The translations under genes and the position numbers were made by a program. From a virus (taxonomy: Duplodnaviria; Caudoviricetes): a DNA stretch of 28,334 bases. Numbering within the stretch: the first letter of the stretch is position 1; each line of letters starts with the position of its first letter. Shown here in pieces: positions 1-7,174 of this stretch. The stretch spans positions 1 to 28,334 of IMG/VR virus record IMGVR_UViG_3300016662_000085; one strand, written 5' to 3'. The notes below the pieces were generated by a model. That model did not search any database and was not told the origin of the DNA. It saw nothing but the letters and a program-made list of their open reading frames with translations.

Positions 1-456
1 ACTTTTGGTGATTGCCATGATTTCATCACGGTCCCCACCAAATACCCGAACCATGTCAATTAAGGCGGATTTAATTCCAAATGTCGTATAATTACCAATA
101 TTACAAACATAATCAGCACCAAATGTTTTAGGTGCCCACTCGTTTTTAAGATAATCACGAACCATCGGAATGTAATCAACATCTATGTCAGGCAAGTCAC
201 CTGTGAAGACATTCGCAGGTTCACGATTGATATCGAAATCAGATGTAATTCCTAAAAGCCAACATACCAATAGGTTATTTTCATTTTTGGGGTAAAAAAC
301 CTTCTTGTCATAAAGATTAAGAAAATAGTCTTGTTTTTCCTTGCAAACTATTTCTTGACTTTCCCATTTGAACCTTTTTTTAAATGCCGGATCATCGGCA
401 AGCCCTTTTGAAACAAGAGCCTGCTCACAAAGTTGAATAAATCTTTCCTTGCTCAT
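1..456 (-). CDS. dnaE: DNA polymerase III alpha subunit, catalytic (C-terminal) half; partial, runs off the window edge
   Basis: Not in the ORF track; translated by hand from ATG at 456: MSKERFIQLCEQALVSKGL...QDYFL...LLVCWLLGITSDFD...GDLPDIDVDY...NIGNYTTFGIKSALIDMVRVFG. PDIDVD is the family-C polymerase catalytic motif. SD-like AAGGTGA at 460-466. Confidence 0.92.
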   Translation of the reverse strand, partial: MSKERFIQLCEQALVSKGLADDPAFKKRFKWESQEIVCKEKQDYFLNLYDKKVFYPKNENNLLVCWLLGITSDFDINREPANVFTGDLPDIDVDYIPMVRDYLKNEWAPKTFGADYVCNIGNYTTFGIKSALIDMVRVFGGDRDEIMAITKS

Positions 457-459
457 GAG

Positions 460-508
460 TCACCTTGTGGTTTTTGAGAATTCTACCACAAGGCTGTTTT
501 CAATCCAA
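460..508 (-). promoter_or_regulatory. Sigma70-like promoter (TTGGAT-17-TAGAAT, extended TG) overlapping a 9-bp inverted repeat that covers part of the dnaE-C SD
   Basis: -35 at 503-508, -10 at 480-485; inverted repeat CCTTGTGGT (463-471) / ACCACAAGG (485-493). Confidence 0.55.
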
Positions 509-1036
509 TAAGATTTCTTGACCATACTTGCTGTGAACTATGATTCTAAATGCCTCTAATTCGACTTGTTTTTCCTTCCAAACTTCCTTAAAGAACTTGA
601 TTGCCCTAGACTTTATCGTCTCTATCTGTGATGGTTCAGGATATTTATCAAAAAATATACCCACGCTAAATGGAGCGGTATTGATGTATTCATGATAATT
701 TGCTTCGCCAACCGGTTTTGCATGTCCCTCATCATTGATTGCATAATTTTTGTTCAATAAAACACAACATGGTGCCAAATCACCATGTTCATCTTCACGA
801 TCAACGATGTAACCAAGAAAAGGATTTTTATCCTCAGCACATAATCCATTTGAATCTTCATCACAAAGATTCATGTCTTCATAAAAAGATTCCGAATAGG
901 GACTAGTTACAAGACTTTCATGCACATATCCGGTACAGTAGGCAACAAGGTCTCTGTAAAATTCATGCGAATGAGAATTTGTATCCATCACAAAGATATA
1001 TTCTTTGTAAATTAAAACTGGCTCTGTCATTGTCAT
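500..1036 (-). CDS. Hypothetical protein (178 aa)
   Basis: Clean ORF, 4-nt overlap with the upstream AAA gene; no motif recognised. Confidence 0.75.
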   Translation of the reverse strand: MTMTEPVLIYKEYIFVMDTNSHSHEFYRDLVAYCTGYVHESLVTSPYSESFYEDMNLCDEDSNGLCAEDKNPFLGYIVDREDEHGDLAPCCVLLNKNYAINDEGHAKPVGEANYHEYINTAPFSVGIFFDKYPEPSQIETIKSRAIKFFKEVWKEKQVELEAFRIIVHSKYGQEILLD

Positions 1037-1992
1037 CTCCCGAATCCCATGGGTTTACGAACTTCATCATCCTTGGAACTAAGATTTTCTTCCCGCATAG
1101 CAGTCAATGTTTCAATTGCATCTTCGTAGCTATCGCCAAGGATGACAACCGCCACAAAAAGTTCTTTAAGATGGGCTATTGAAAACTCTTCCGTGTCATT
1201 AACCCATCTTTCTAAATCAATCTTGAGTTCTTCAACTTTTTCCTTACCACCGATTATAAACTCAAAGTAAATTCTTCTGCTCTCGGCATTAGGATGTCCA
1301 ATTTTAAATCTTTTGTCAAATCGACTTGGACGATTGATGATTCGATCACCCAAACGCTCTGGATAATTAGTTGTTGCCAAGAAAACAACTTTATCGATTT
1401 GATTTACACCATCAAGAACATTTAAAACTTCACTTTCAGAGTTAGTCTCAATGATTGAGTCAATGTCTTCCATTAAAACAACAAGAGGTGAATCAGGCTG
1501 AATTTCCCGTAGCTTTCTTACACCAGATATGAATGTGGATGGATTATTGAAGTTGATAACAACCCCACCTCTATCAATCACATCATGCATCAAAAGTTGA
1601 ATCGTTGAGCTTTTACCGCTACCTGCGGGACCATGAAGCATGATTCCACGCTTATACGCCAAGTTATAATCACGAAAAATCTTTTCCCTGCTCCAGAAAT
1701 TTTGAATTTCACTTATTATTCTAGATGAATTTGTTTCTGGAAAACGAATCAATCCTTGTGTAACTACAGGAACCTTTTCGAAAAATAGACCATTTGTCTG
1801 ATTGACTTTGATGTCATATACACCGGGAGTCAAGGCGGCAACTGTTTTAGAAGTTGGAAAAAAATGAATATGGTCAGAAGTAGACCATTGAGAACAATGA
1901 CTTACTTTATCGCTCTCTTCATTTATTTCTTTAAGGTAGTTTTTGCGGTTCTCAAAATTACTAAACAAGTCTTTGAGTCGGCTCACGCTCAA
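1033..1992 (-). CDS. AAA+ ATPase (single domain, BCS1/ATPase_AAA-like)
   Basis: Walker A HGPAGSGKS, Walker B VVLMEDID, sensor ATTN, Arg-finger RPSRFD, C-terminal MGF motif. Confidence 0.9.
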   Translation of the reverse strand: MSVSRLKDLFSNFENRKNYLKEINEESDKVSHCSQWSTSDHIHFFPTSKTVAALTPGVYDIKVNQTNGLFFEKVPVVTQGLIRFPETNSSRIISEIQNFWSREKIFRDYNLAYKRGIMLHGPAGSGKSSTIQLLMHDVIDRGGVVINFNNPSTFISGVRKLREIQPDSPLVVLMEDIDSIIETNSESEVLNVLDGVNQIDKVVFLATTNYPERLGDRIINRPSRFDKRFKIGHPNAESRRIYFEFIIGGKEKVEELKIDLERWVNDTEEFSIAHLKELFVAVVILGDSYEDAIETLTAMREENLSSKDDEVRKPMGFGR

Positions 1993-2363
1993 TCTCCCTT
2001 AACAAAACATTTTATTTTGTTTAGGTCACGAATCAAAGTGTCGTTTATATTAGTCCACCTCATATGATGGCCAAATACAAAATGACAATTTAAATTACGA
2101 TTCTCACATAATGTTATCAAATTATCAGGACAAAGTTCAAGTTCAGGATTTTCGGAAAATGATCTTATATGATGAACAGTTAGATTTTCAGGCGAGCCAC
2201 AAATCGCACAAACTGGATTTTCTAACAAATGTAAATTACGAACTTTTCTCCATTGAGAACTTCTTGGCGTTCTGCCAAGCATCTCAACCTTGGGTTGAAT
2301 GACACAATATTTGAAAATCGCAAAACCAAATAAAACTAAAAAAAATAAAGCTAGAATAATCAT
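1989..2363 (-). CDS. HNH endonuclease with a hydrophobic N-terminal segment
   Basis: WRKVR...CAICG...VHHI...NLITLC...CH pattern; N-terminus MIILALFFLVLFGFAIF. Confidence 0.8.
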   Translation of the reverse strand: MIILALFFLVLFGFAIFKYCVIQPKVEMLGRTPRSSQWRKVRNLHLLENPVCAICGSPENLTVHHIRSFSENPELELCPDNLITLCENRNLNCHFVFGHHMRWTNINDTLIRDLNKIKCFVKGD

Positions 2364-2369
2364 TGGGGA

Positions 2370-2765
2370 TCAAGTCATGTGTGGAACAGTACCATGTTGC
2401 TGAATGTACCTAGTGGTATCGGCTGTTTCCCTACCGACATCACCCGTGTAATCATGAGGCATAGTTGTACCTGTTGGTTTAGCTGGTTTAATTTTATTTA
2501 ACATGCCGGAAATTTGCACCAAGGTATTTTTGAGCACTTGCGTTTGTGAACTCAATGGCATACTTCTAGCTTTATTGTTAATATCGTTGTACTTGGTTGC
2601 AAAATCTTTCCAACGATCTTGATCAATGTCTTCTCTGGAAGTGTTTTGAATACTGACCAAAAGTGATTTGGCCTGACTGGAAAGATCGCCACCAGTCGTC
2701 CGTGAAAAAAAAAGTTCTTCATCACACTTAAATTTTAATTCCAGAAATTATTTAAATTTCAACAT
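2370..2765 (-). pseudogene. Capsid-targeting-motif protein interrupted by an in-frame TAA at codon 6 (or a 96-aa CDS from TTG 2660)
   Basis: ATG 2765 (AGGGA upstream) reads MLKFK*FLELKFKCDEELFFSRTTGG... and continues in frame into track ORF 2370..2660; the stop is at 2748-2750. Confidence 0.6.
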
Positions 2766-2786
2766 CGTTTCCCTTTTTTTGCAAAG

Positions 2787-3135
2787 TGGAGTCGAGCGGA
2801 CCTGCCCCGCTGTCTTCGCATCACTTCTTGTAAACCTCTACATGTTTAATTTGTCGTTTATTGTCATCTGTTCAGGAACAACAAATAAATCCCTCACAGC
2901 ACTATCAACTTTATCTCATCTAGTGACCGTTGACCTTCACTCTACCAGCCTATTTTTACAACAAACTTTCGGTCGCCACAGGCAGGCTACCTAAGTTCGT
3001 GACCGCAATCAAGCAGCCAAAGCGTAAACAGTTTCGCCAGTTAAGGCTTTAGTCGAATTTTTAAGAGGCCATTCGACCAACCTCTACATGCCATTTACAA
3101 GTCGTACATCCGAATCGAATTCTAATTACGACCCC
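2787..3135 (-). ncRNA. ssrA: tmRNA (one-piece, about 349 nt), tag (A)GETVYALAA
   Basis: 5' GGGGTCG pairs with 3' CGACTCC-A, including the G3.U alanine identity pair. T-stem AGCGG/CCGCT; pseudoknot 1 GAGG/CCTC plus GTCGAAT/ATTCGAC; helix 2 CTTGTAAA/TTTACAAG. Resume context TTAACT-GGC; tag ORF 3038-3009 ends ALAA-TGA. CCA not fully encoded. Confidence 0.95.
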
Positions 3136-3142
3136 GTACCTT

Positions 3143-3149
3143 TATTTAG
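3143..3149 (-). promoter_or_regulatory. T4 late-promoter-like box CTAAATA upstream of the tmRNA
   Basis: 7 nt upstream of the tmRNA 5' end; resembles T4 TATAAATA. Confidence 0.45.
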
Positions 3150-3215
3150 CATAAAATTTTTGAATTTAAGCCTTATATAGAAATATCAGGTCATTTTTAC
3201 ACTTGGGAGAAAAAA

Positions 3216-4247
3216 ATGGGATATATGTCATTTAACGAATATGTTGAAAAACAAAAGGGTCACAAGAAACCCAAGATTGCCGTAGTGCCAGATTATGAAG
3301 GTCCAACACCATCTGCTCCAGAAACTCCCAAAGGTGCGAAAAAAGGCGCTGTTCCATACAAAAGTGGCAAAGACGCTCCAGATCGTAATAAGGACGATGC
3401 TTCAGCTTTAGGCCACAAGGGTAAAAAAAGCGACCACTATATGCCGAAAGCAAAGCATCATGACACGACTCCCGGCACAGAGTTGAAATCCTATCCCCAT
3501 GTCAAAACCCAAGAATGGATTGAAAAAAATAAGAAATTATCTCTTGCCGAATTCACAAAAAAGATAAAAACCGAAAGATTTAAAGAACTTGGCGAAAACT
3601 CAACTCGTTCTTATGGATCAATCAAAGAATCAGTAGAATTCTGCAAAAGCGATAAATATGTGACTGATTTTATCCTTGAAATGCGAAGGCAAGGCGTTTT
3701 TGAAAAAGTTCTTGCTGCTATGATTCAACAAAACGAATCTTTCCGAGTCATCGGCAAAGTCATGCGTTACGATGAATCTTTCGCCCGTGCATTATTGATG
3801 AACATTACTGAAATTACCGCCGGTACTGTTGGCGACGAAGGCGAAGGCGAAGTTTCTGTTTCTGCTCCTATGGGTGATGAAGATCATGATGATATGGACC
3901 ATCATGATGATATGCATCACGACGAGGAAGGCGAAGATCATGAGGAAGGCGACGAAGATCATGATGAGGAAGGCGACGAAGATCATGATGAGGAAGGCGA
4001 CGAAGATCATGATGAGGAAGGCGACGAAGATCATGATGAGGAAGGCGACGAAGATCATGATGAGGAAGGCGACGAAGATCATGATGAGGAAGGCGAAGAT
4101 CATCACGATGATGAAGAATCACACGATGACGACCATCACGATGACATGCCCGAAGACGAGGGACCACAACCCAAGGAAAATAGCCCACTTATGAAGGCAA
4201 TGAAAAACAATCCAGAAATGATGAAAAGGATGATGGGCCAATATTGA
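3216..4247 (+). CDS. Putative head-internal/scaffold-like protein with basic N-terminal half and His/acidic repeat
   Basis: SD GGGAG; N-terminus MGYMSFNEYVE; EDHDEEGD repeats; followed by a terminator. Function is inferred. Confidence 0.8.
   Translation: MGYMSFNEYVEKQKGHKKPKIAVVPDYEGPTPSAPETPKGAKKGAVPYKSGKDAPDRNKDDASALGHKGKKSDHYMPKAKHHDTTPGTELKSYPHVKTQEWIEKNKKLSLAEFTKKIKTERFKELGENSTRSYGSIKESVEFCKSDKYVTDFILEMRRQGVFEKVLAAMIQQNESFRVIGKVMRYDESFARALLMNITEITAGTVGDEGEGEVSVSAPMGDEDHDDMDHHDDMHHDEEGEDHEEGDEDHDEEGDEDHDEEGDEDHDEEGDEDHDEEGDEDHDEEGDEDHDEEGEDHHDDEESHDDDHHDDMPEDEGPQPKENSPLMKAMKNNPEMMKRMMGQY
3954..4097 (+). repeat. 24-bp coding tandem repeat GAAGATCATGATGAGGAAGGCGAC, 5 perfect copies plus 1 near-perfect, with degenerate flanks
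   Basis: Directly visible; encodes EDHDEEGD. Confidence 0.95.
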
Positions 4248-4263
4248 TTTTAAAATAATTAAG

Positions 4264-4301
4264 AAAAAAAAGCCATGTGTTTAGATCACATGGCTTTTTT
4301 T
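4264..4301. terminator. Bidirectional intrinsic terminator
   Basis: A-tract, AGCCATGTG / TTTAGAT loop / CACATGGCT, T-tract; lies between convergent genes. Confidence 0.9.
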
Positions 4302-5694
4302 ATTGGGCCATCTCTTCTGGTGGTAAAGGATCGACATTTTTAAATTCAAGCACCAGCGATCTTCCGCCTCTAGCTTCGCTTAAAAATCGACTAAACAATA
4401 ATCCTTCCTTAACTGGATCAACACTTGTTATGCCAAGACAATAACAAATCAGAGAGCCAGCACACGATCCTCTAGCCGGTCCTACAGCTTGAGAACCGTC
4501 ACCATATCCCAAAAGTTGTACAGAAACTTTTCTCGCTTCATCAGTCATCATTTTTTGAATTAAAAAGTAACTGCTAAAACCTTTTCGTGTGATAAGACTG
4601 TATTCTTCCATCAATCTATTCAAATACTCCTTACCTTTTAGACCTCTCTTTGCCGCTCCATTCATAATTTCCTCTCGCAAACGCTCGTCAGCGTCAGGAA
4701 TAACAGGCAATTTTAAACTTCTGTCTAATGACACACCTTTGGCTTTTCTACAAATGTCTACCGTCGTTTTTTTTGCCTCACAGAAAAGTTCGTATGGAAT
4801 AATTTCTTTGTAATCAGACAGCCACTTGGAATTTAATTCCTCCTCTGATTTAAACCAAAGGTTTTGATCCTGTAGCTCAAAGAAATCTTGGTTTCCATCT
4901 TCTTTCATTGCTTTTTCAATATCATCTACTGTCCTGCCAGTTTGTATCATAAGCATATATCTTTGAAATTTACTATCTTCTTTATTACAATAATGGCAGT
5001 CGTTTGTCAGTATAATTTTAAGACCATAACGCTCTTTGGCTTTTACTATAAATGCGTCATAAGGTTTCTGTTTTTTAAAATCCAACAACATAATTTCAAG
5101 ATAAAAATGTTCTTTACCAAACATTTTAATATATCTTTCAACCATATCAAAAGCTAAATCTTCGCCACCTGTTTCAAAAGCCCTGCCTATTTCGCTTGCG
5201 TAACAGCAAGATGTAAAAATCAATCCTTCTTTCTGTTTCTGCAACTGTTCATAGTTAACTCTCGGTCTGAAATAATAACCCTTGGTCCAACCCCATGAAG
5301 ACAATCGTACAAGATTTTTATAACCCTCGTTGTTATAAGCTATTGCAAGCAAATGAGAACTTTTTCTAAATTCTTTTTTTTGCTCTTCATCCAGCGTTGT
5401 CATGAACTTTTTGCTATCTTCAGAACCATTAAATTCTGGTTGTAATCTATTGACATATAATTCAACAGCAAAGATAGGACTAAGTGTATCCTTGCCAAAT
5501 TTATCGTTAATTTTTTCACATGCACGAATTTGTCTTGGCACAGCACCTAGCATTCCGTGATCAGATATTGTCAAAAACTTTTGATTGATTTGTGGCGCAC
5601 GGAGGGCATATTCTTCACAAGTTCCCAGTCCATCAAGAACTGAGAAATCGGTGTGTAAATGAAGATGCTCAAAACCTACTATCTCAAGTGTCAT
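4300..5694 (-). CDS. dnaE: DNA polymerase III alpha subunit, N-terminal half (PHP domain plus start of the polymerase domain)
   Basis: HLHLHTDFSVLDG, ISDHG, HLLAIA, YLEI and TNDCHY (PHP metal ligands); GFSSYFL; GPARGSCAGSLICYCLGITSVDP; LLFSRFL. Ends before the PDIDxD motif. Confidence 0.93.
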   Translation of the reverse strand: MTLEIVGFEHLHLHTDFSVLDGLGTCEEYALRAPQINQKFLTISDHGMLGAVPRQIRACEKINDKFGKDTLSPIFAVELYVNRLQPEFNGSEDSKKFMTTLDEEQKKEFRKSSHLLAIAYNNEGYKNLVRLSSWGWTKGYYFRPRVNYEQLQKQKEGLIFTSCCYASEIGRAFETGGEDLAFDMVERYIKMFGKEHFYLEIMLLDFKKQKPYDAFIVKAKERYGLKIILTNDCHYCNKEDSKFQRYMLMIQTGRTVDDIEKAMKEDGNQDFFELQDQNLWFKSEEELNSKWLSDYKEIIPYELFCEAKKTTVDICRKAKGVSLDRSLKLPVIPDADERLREEIMNGAAKRGLKGKEYLNRLMEEYSLITRKGFSSYFLIQKMMTDEARKVSVQLLGYGDGSQAVGPARGSCAGSLICYCLGITSVDPVKEGLLFSRFLSEARGGRSLVLEFKNVDPLPPEEMAQ

Positions 5695-5700
5695 TCAAAA

Positions 5701-5742
5701 CCTCCAAGCACACAGCATAAAAATTGGAGGAGAATTTTGCAA
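5701..5742 (-). promoter_or_regulatory. Sigma70-like promoter (TTGCAA-17-TATGCT) overlapping a 7-bp inverted repeat that pairs with the dnaE-N SD GGAGG
   Basis: -35 at 5737-5742, -10 at 5714-5719; inverted repeat CCTCCAA (5701-5707) / TTGGAGG (5724-5730). Confidence 0.55.
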
Positions 5743-5799
5743 TGCTGTTGAGAAGTTTTTTAATTGAATCGCTTTATTTTTTGAAAGAAGCAGCGTTTT

Positions 5800-6312
5800 T
5801 TAACGATAAATGTTCAACTGACTCTTCTCAAGACTATTTCGTGCGGCGTCTGAACCACCCTTGAAAGTGTAAGGTCTTAATCCTGTATCATGCGTTGATC
5901 TTGGATCAAATTTATGAGATGGAGTAGTTTCGGTACTTCCTTTAAATCCCCTTATATCACCAATATTAAATTGCCCATCAATTCCTAATTTTGGAAAAGC
6001 TTCTTGTACCGCACGGATGATATCTGATAATTGATTGTTGTCCATCTTAATTTCTATTTTGTTTCCACGATATGAAAATGTCATAGTTTTGCCTGCTATA
6101 GTAGCATCAATCATTTTTTTGTTTAGGTATTCGCCAATTGCCTTTTCGTTGGGTCTTTGACTATCAGATAGTCTCGTTTGTTGCACAACTTTAGCTGGTC
6201 TTGGTGCTGCGGCTAGAGATGGCGCTGCGGCTGCTCCCATCATCAGTCCTGCCATTAAAGCACGATTTTCTTTTAATTTTTGCTCTTCACGCCATTGTTT
6301 ATAATTTTTCAT
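5800..6312 (-). CDS. Hypothetical protein with capsid-targeting-like leader followed by an Ala-rich hydrophobic segment
   Basis: MKNYKQWREEQKLKE-NRALMAGLMMGAAAAPSLAAA; CATAAATA (6317-6324) lies 4 nt before the ATG. Confidence 0.75.
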   Translation of the reverse strand: MKNYKQWREEQKLKENRALMAGLMMGAAAAPSLAAAPRPAKVVQQTRLSDSQRPNEKAIGEYLNKKMIDATIAGKTMTFSYRGNKIEIKMDNNQLSDIIRAVQEAFPKLGIDGQFNIGDIRGFKGSTETTPSHKFDPRSTHDTGLRPYTFKGGSDAARNSLEKSQLNIYR

Positions 6313-6356
6313 AAATTATTTATGACTAGGATTATAAAAATTATTATCCGATAAAA

Positions 6357-6695
6357 TCACAGAGAATAGCTTGAACCACAACCGCAAGTGGATTTTGCGT
6401 TGGGATTAGAAACCGTGAACCCACGATTATTTATTTCAGTCTGAAAATCAATTGTTGCACCATCAAGATAAATTGCGCTGCGTTTGTCAACAACAACATC
6501 AACGCCATTTAAGTGAAATTTTTGATCTGTGGTTTCATTGAAATTGTCGTCAATCGCCAATTTATTTTGAAATCCACTACACCCACCACCGACAACACGA
6601 ACACGCAAGAAACATCCTTGGTCGGGCATATTCTCTTTAATTATGCGTTTGACTTCATTGGCTGCAACTTCAGTAATATTGATTTCCATATTCAC
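6357..6695 (-). CDS. iscA: A-type Fe-S cluster carrier (HesB/IscA/ErpA family)
   Basis: ITEVAA, LRVRVVGGGCSG, IDF, NPNAKSTCGCGSSY with the three conserved Cys. Start may be 6689. Confidence 0.93.
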   Translation of the reverse strand: MNMEINITEVAANEVKRIIKENMPDQGCFLRVRVVGGGCSGFQNKLAIDDNFNETTDQKFHLNGVDVVVDKRSAIYLDGATIDFQTEINNRGFTVSNPNAKSTCGCGSSYSL

Positions 6696-6988
6696 CTACC
6701 CAGTAAAAACAAATTTAAAGCTTGCAGAGATGAGTTCAACAACCAGATGCCGCAAACCACATAATTACTCCTTGTGACAACTGCCTTTTCAGTTGTCATC
6801 ATGAGAAAACAATATAATGAAAAAACGACAAAACATAAATTCAAATTCAAAATACAATTATTTTTGCTTGTCGGCATTATGAAAATCATCATGCCGACGA
6901 AAATAGCAAATAAATGAACAAACAACTCAAAGGCAAGTCGCTTTCTAGTTTCCAATTCAGTCACCTTTTTTGAGTGCATTAAATTCAT
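6692..6988 (-). CDS. Small membrane protein (about 3 hydrophobic segments)
   Basis: Hydrophobic stretches; fills the gap in the operon. True start probably about 30 nt downstream of 6988. Confidence 0.6.
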   Translation of the reverse strand: MNLMHSKKVTELETRKRLAFELFVHLFAIFVGMMIFIMPTSKNNCILNLNLCFVVFSLYCFLMMTTEKAVVTRSNYVVCGIWLLNSSLQALNLFLLGR

Positions 6989-7166
6989 CCTCTAGCGCCT
7001 TTGCCTTTGCATCAAGAGCTTTGATCTCGGCTTGAACCTTGTCATAAAAAGCTTTTAATTCAGCTTTCTTTGCCTTCTTCTCTTCATGAATCGCCTTGAC
7101 CTTTTCGGCAAATGCCAAAAACTCATCAGATAGCAAAAAACTTGAATCGTCCATACACACCTCCAC
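6957..7166 (-). CDS. Small coiled-coil hypothetical protein
   Basis: Helical K/E/A-rich sequence directly downstream of spoVR. Confidence 0.75.
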   Translation of the reverse strand: MEVCMDDSSFLLSDEFLAFAEKVKAIHEEKKAKKAELKAFYDKVQAEIKALDAKAKALEDEFNALKKGD

Positions 7167-7174
7167 ACTATGTA

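Noticed and set aside
2748-2750. Genome-wide stop-codon recoding
   Set aside because: TAA, TGA and TAG (yeaH) all end conserved genes at expected positions and long genes are uninterrupted; this stop is isolated.
2787-2820. Stand-alone tRNA or prophage att site
   Set aside because: It is the tRNA-like 3' end of the tmRNA; no duplicate of it and no integrase in the window.
2779-2994. 71-aa plus-strand ORF
   Set aside because: Antisense to the tmRNA, with no SD or motif.
3954-4097. Possible CRISPR array
   Set aside because: Units are head-to-tail with no spacers, in frame within a CDS, and there are no cas genes.
3792-4194. Alternative-frame ORFs 3792..4106, 3829..4194 and 3868..4188
   Set aside because: By-products of a stop-free tandem repeat inside the 3216..4247 gene.
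457-4299. Intron or split intein joining the dnaE halves
   Set aside because: No intein N- or C-terminal motifs; the interval holds a terminator, a tmRNA and genes on both strands; the C-half has its own promoter, SD and start.
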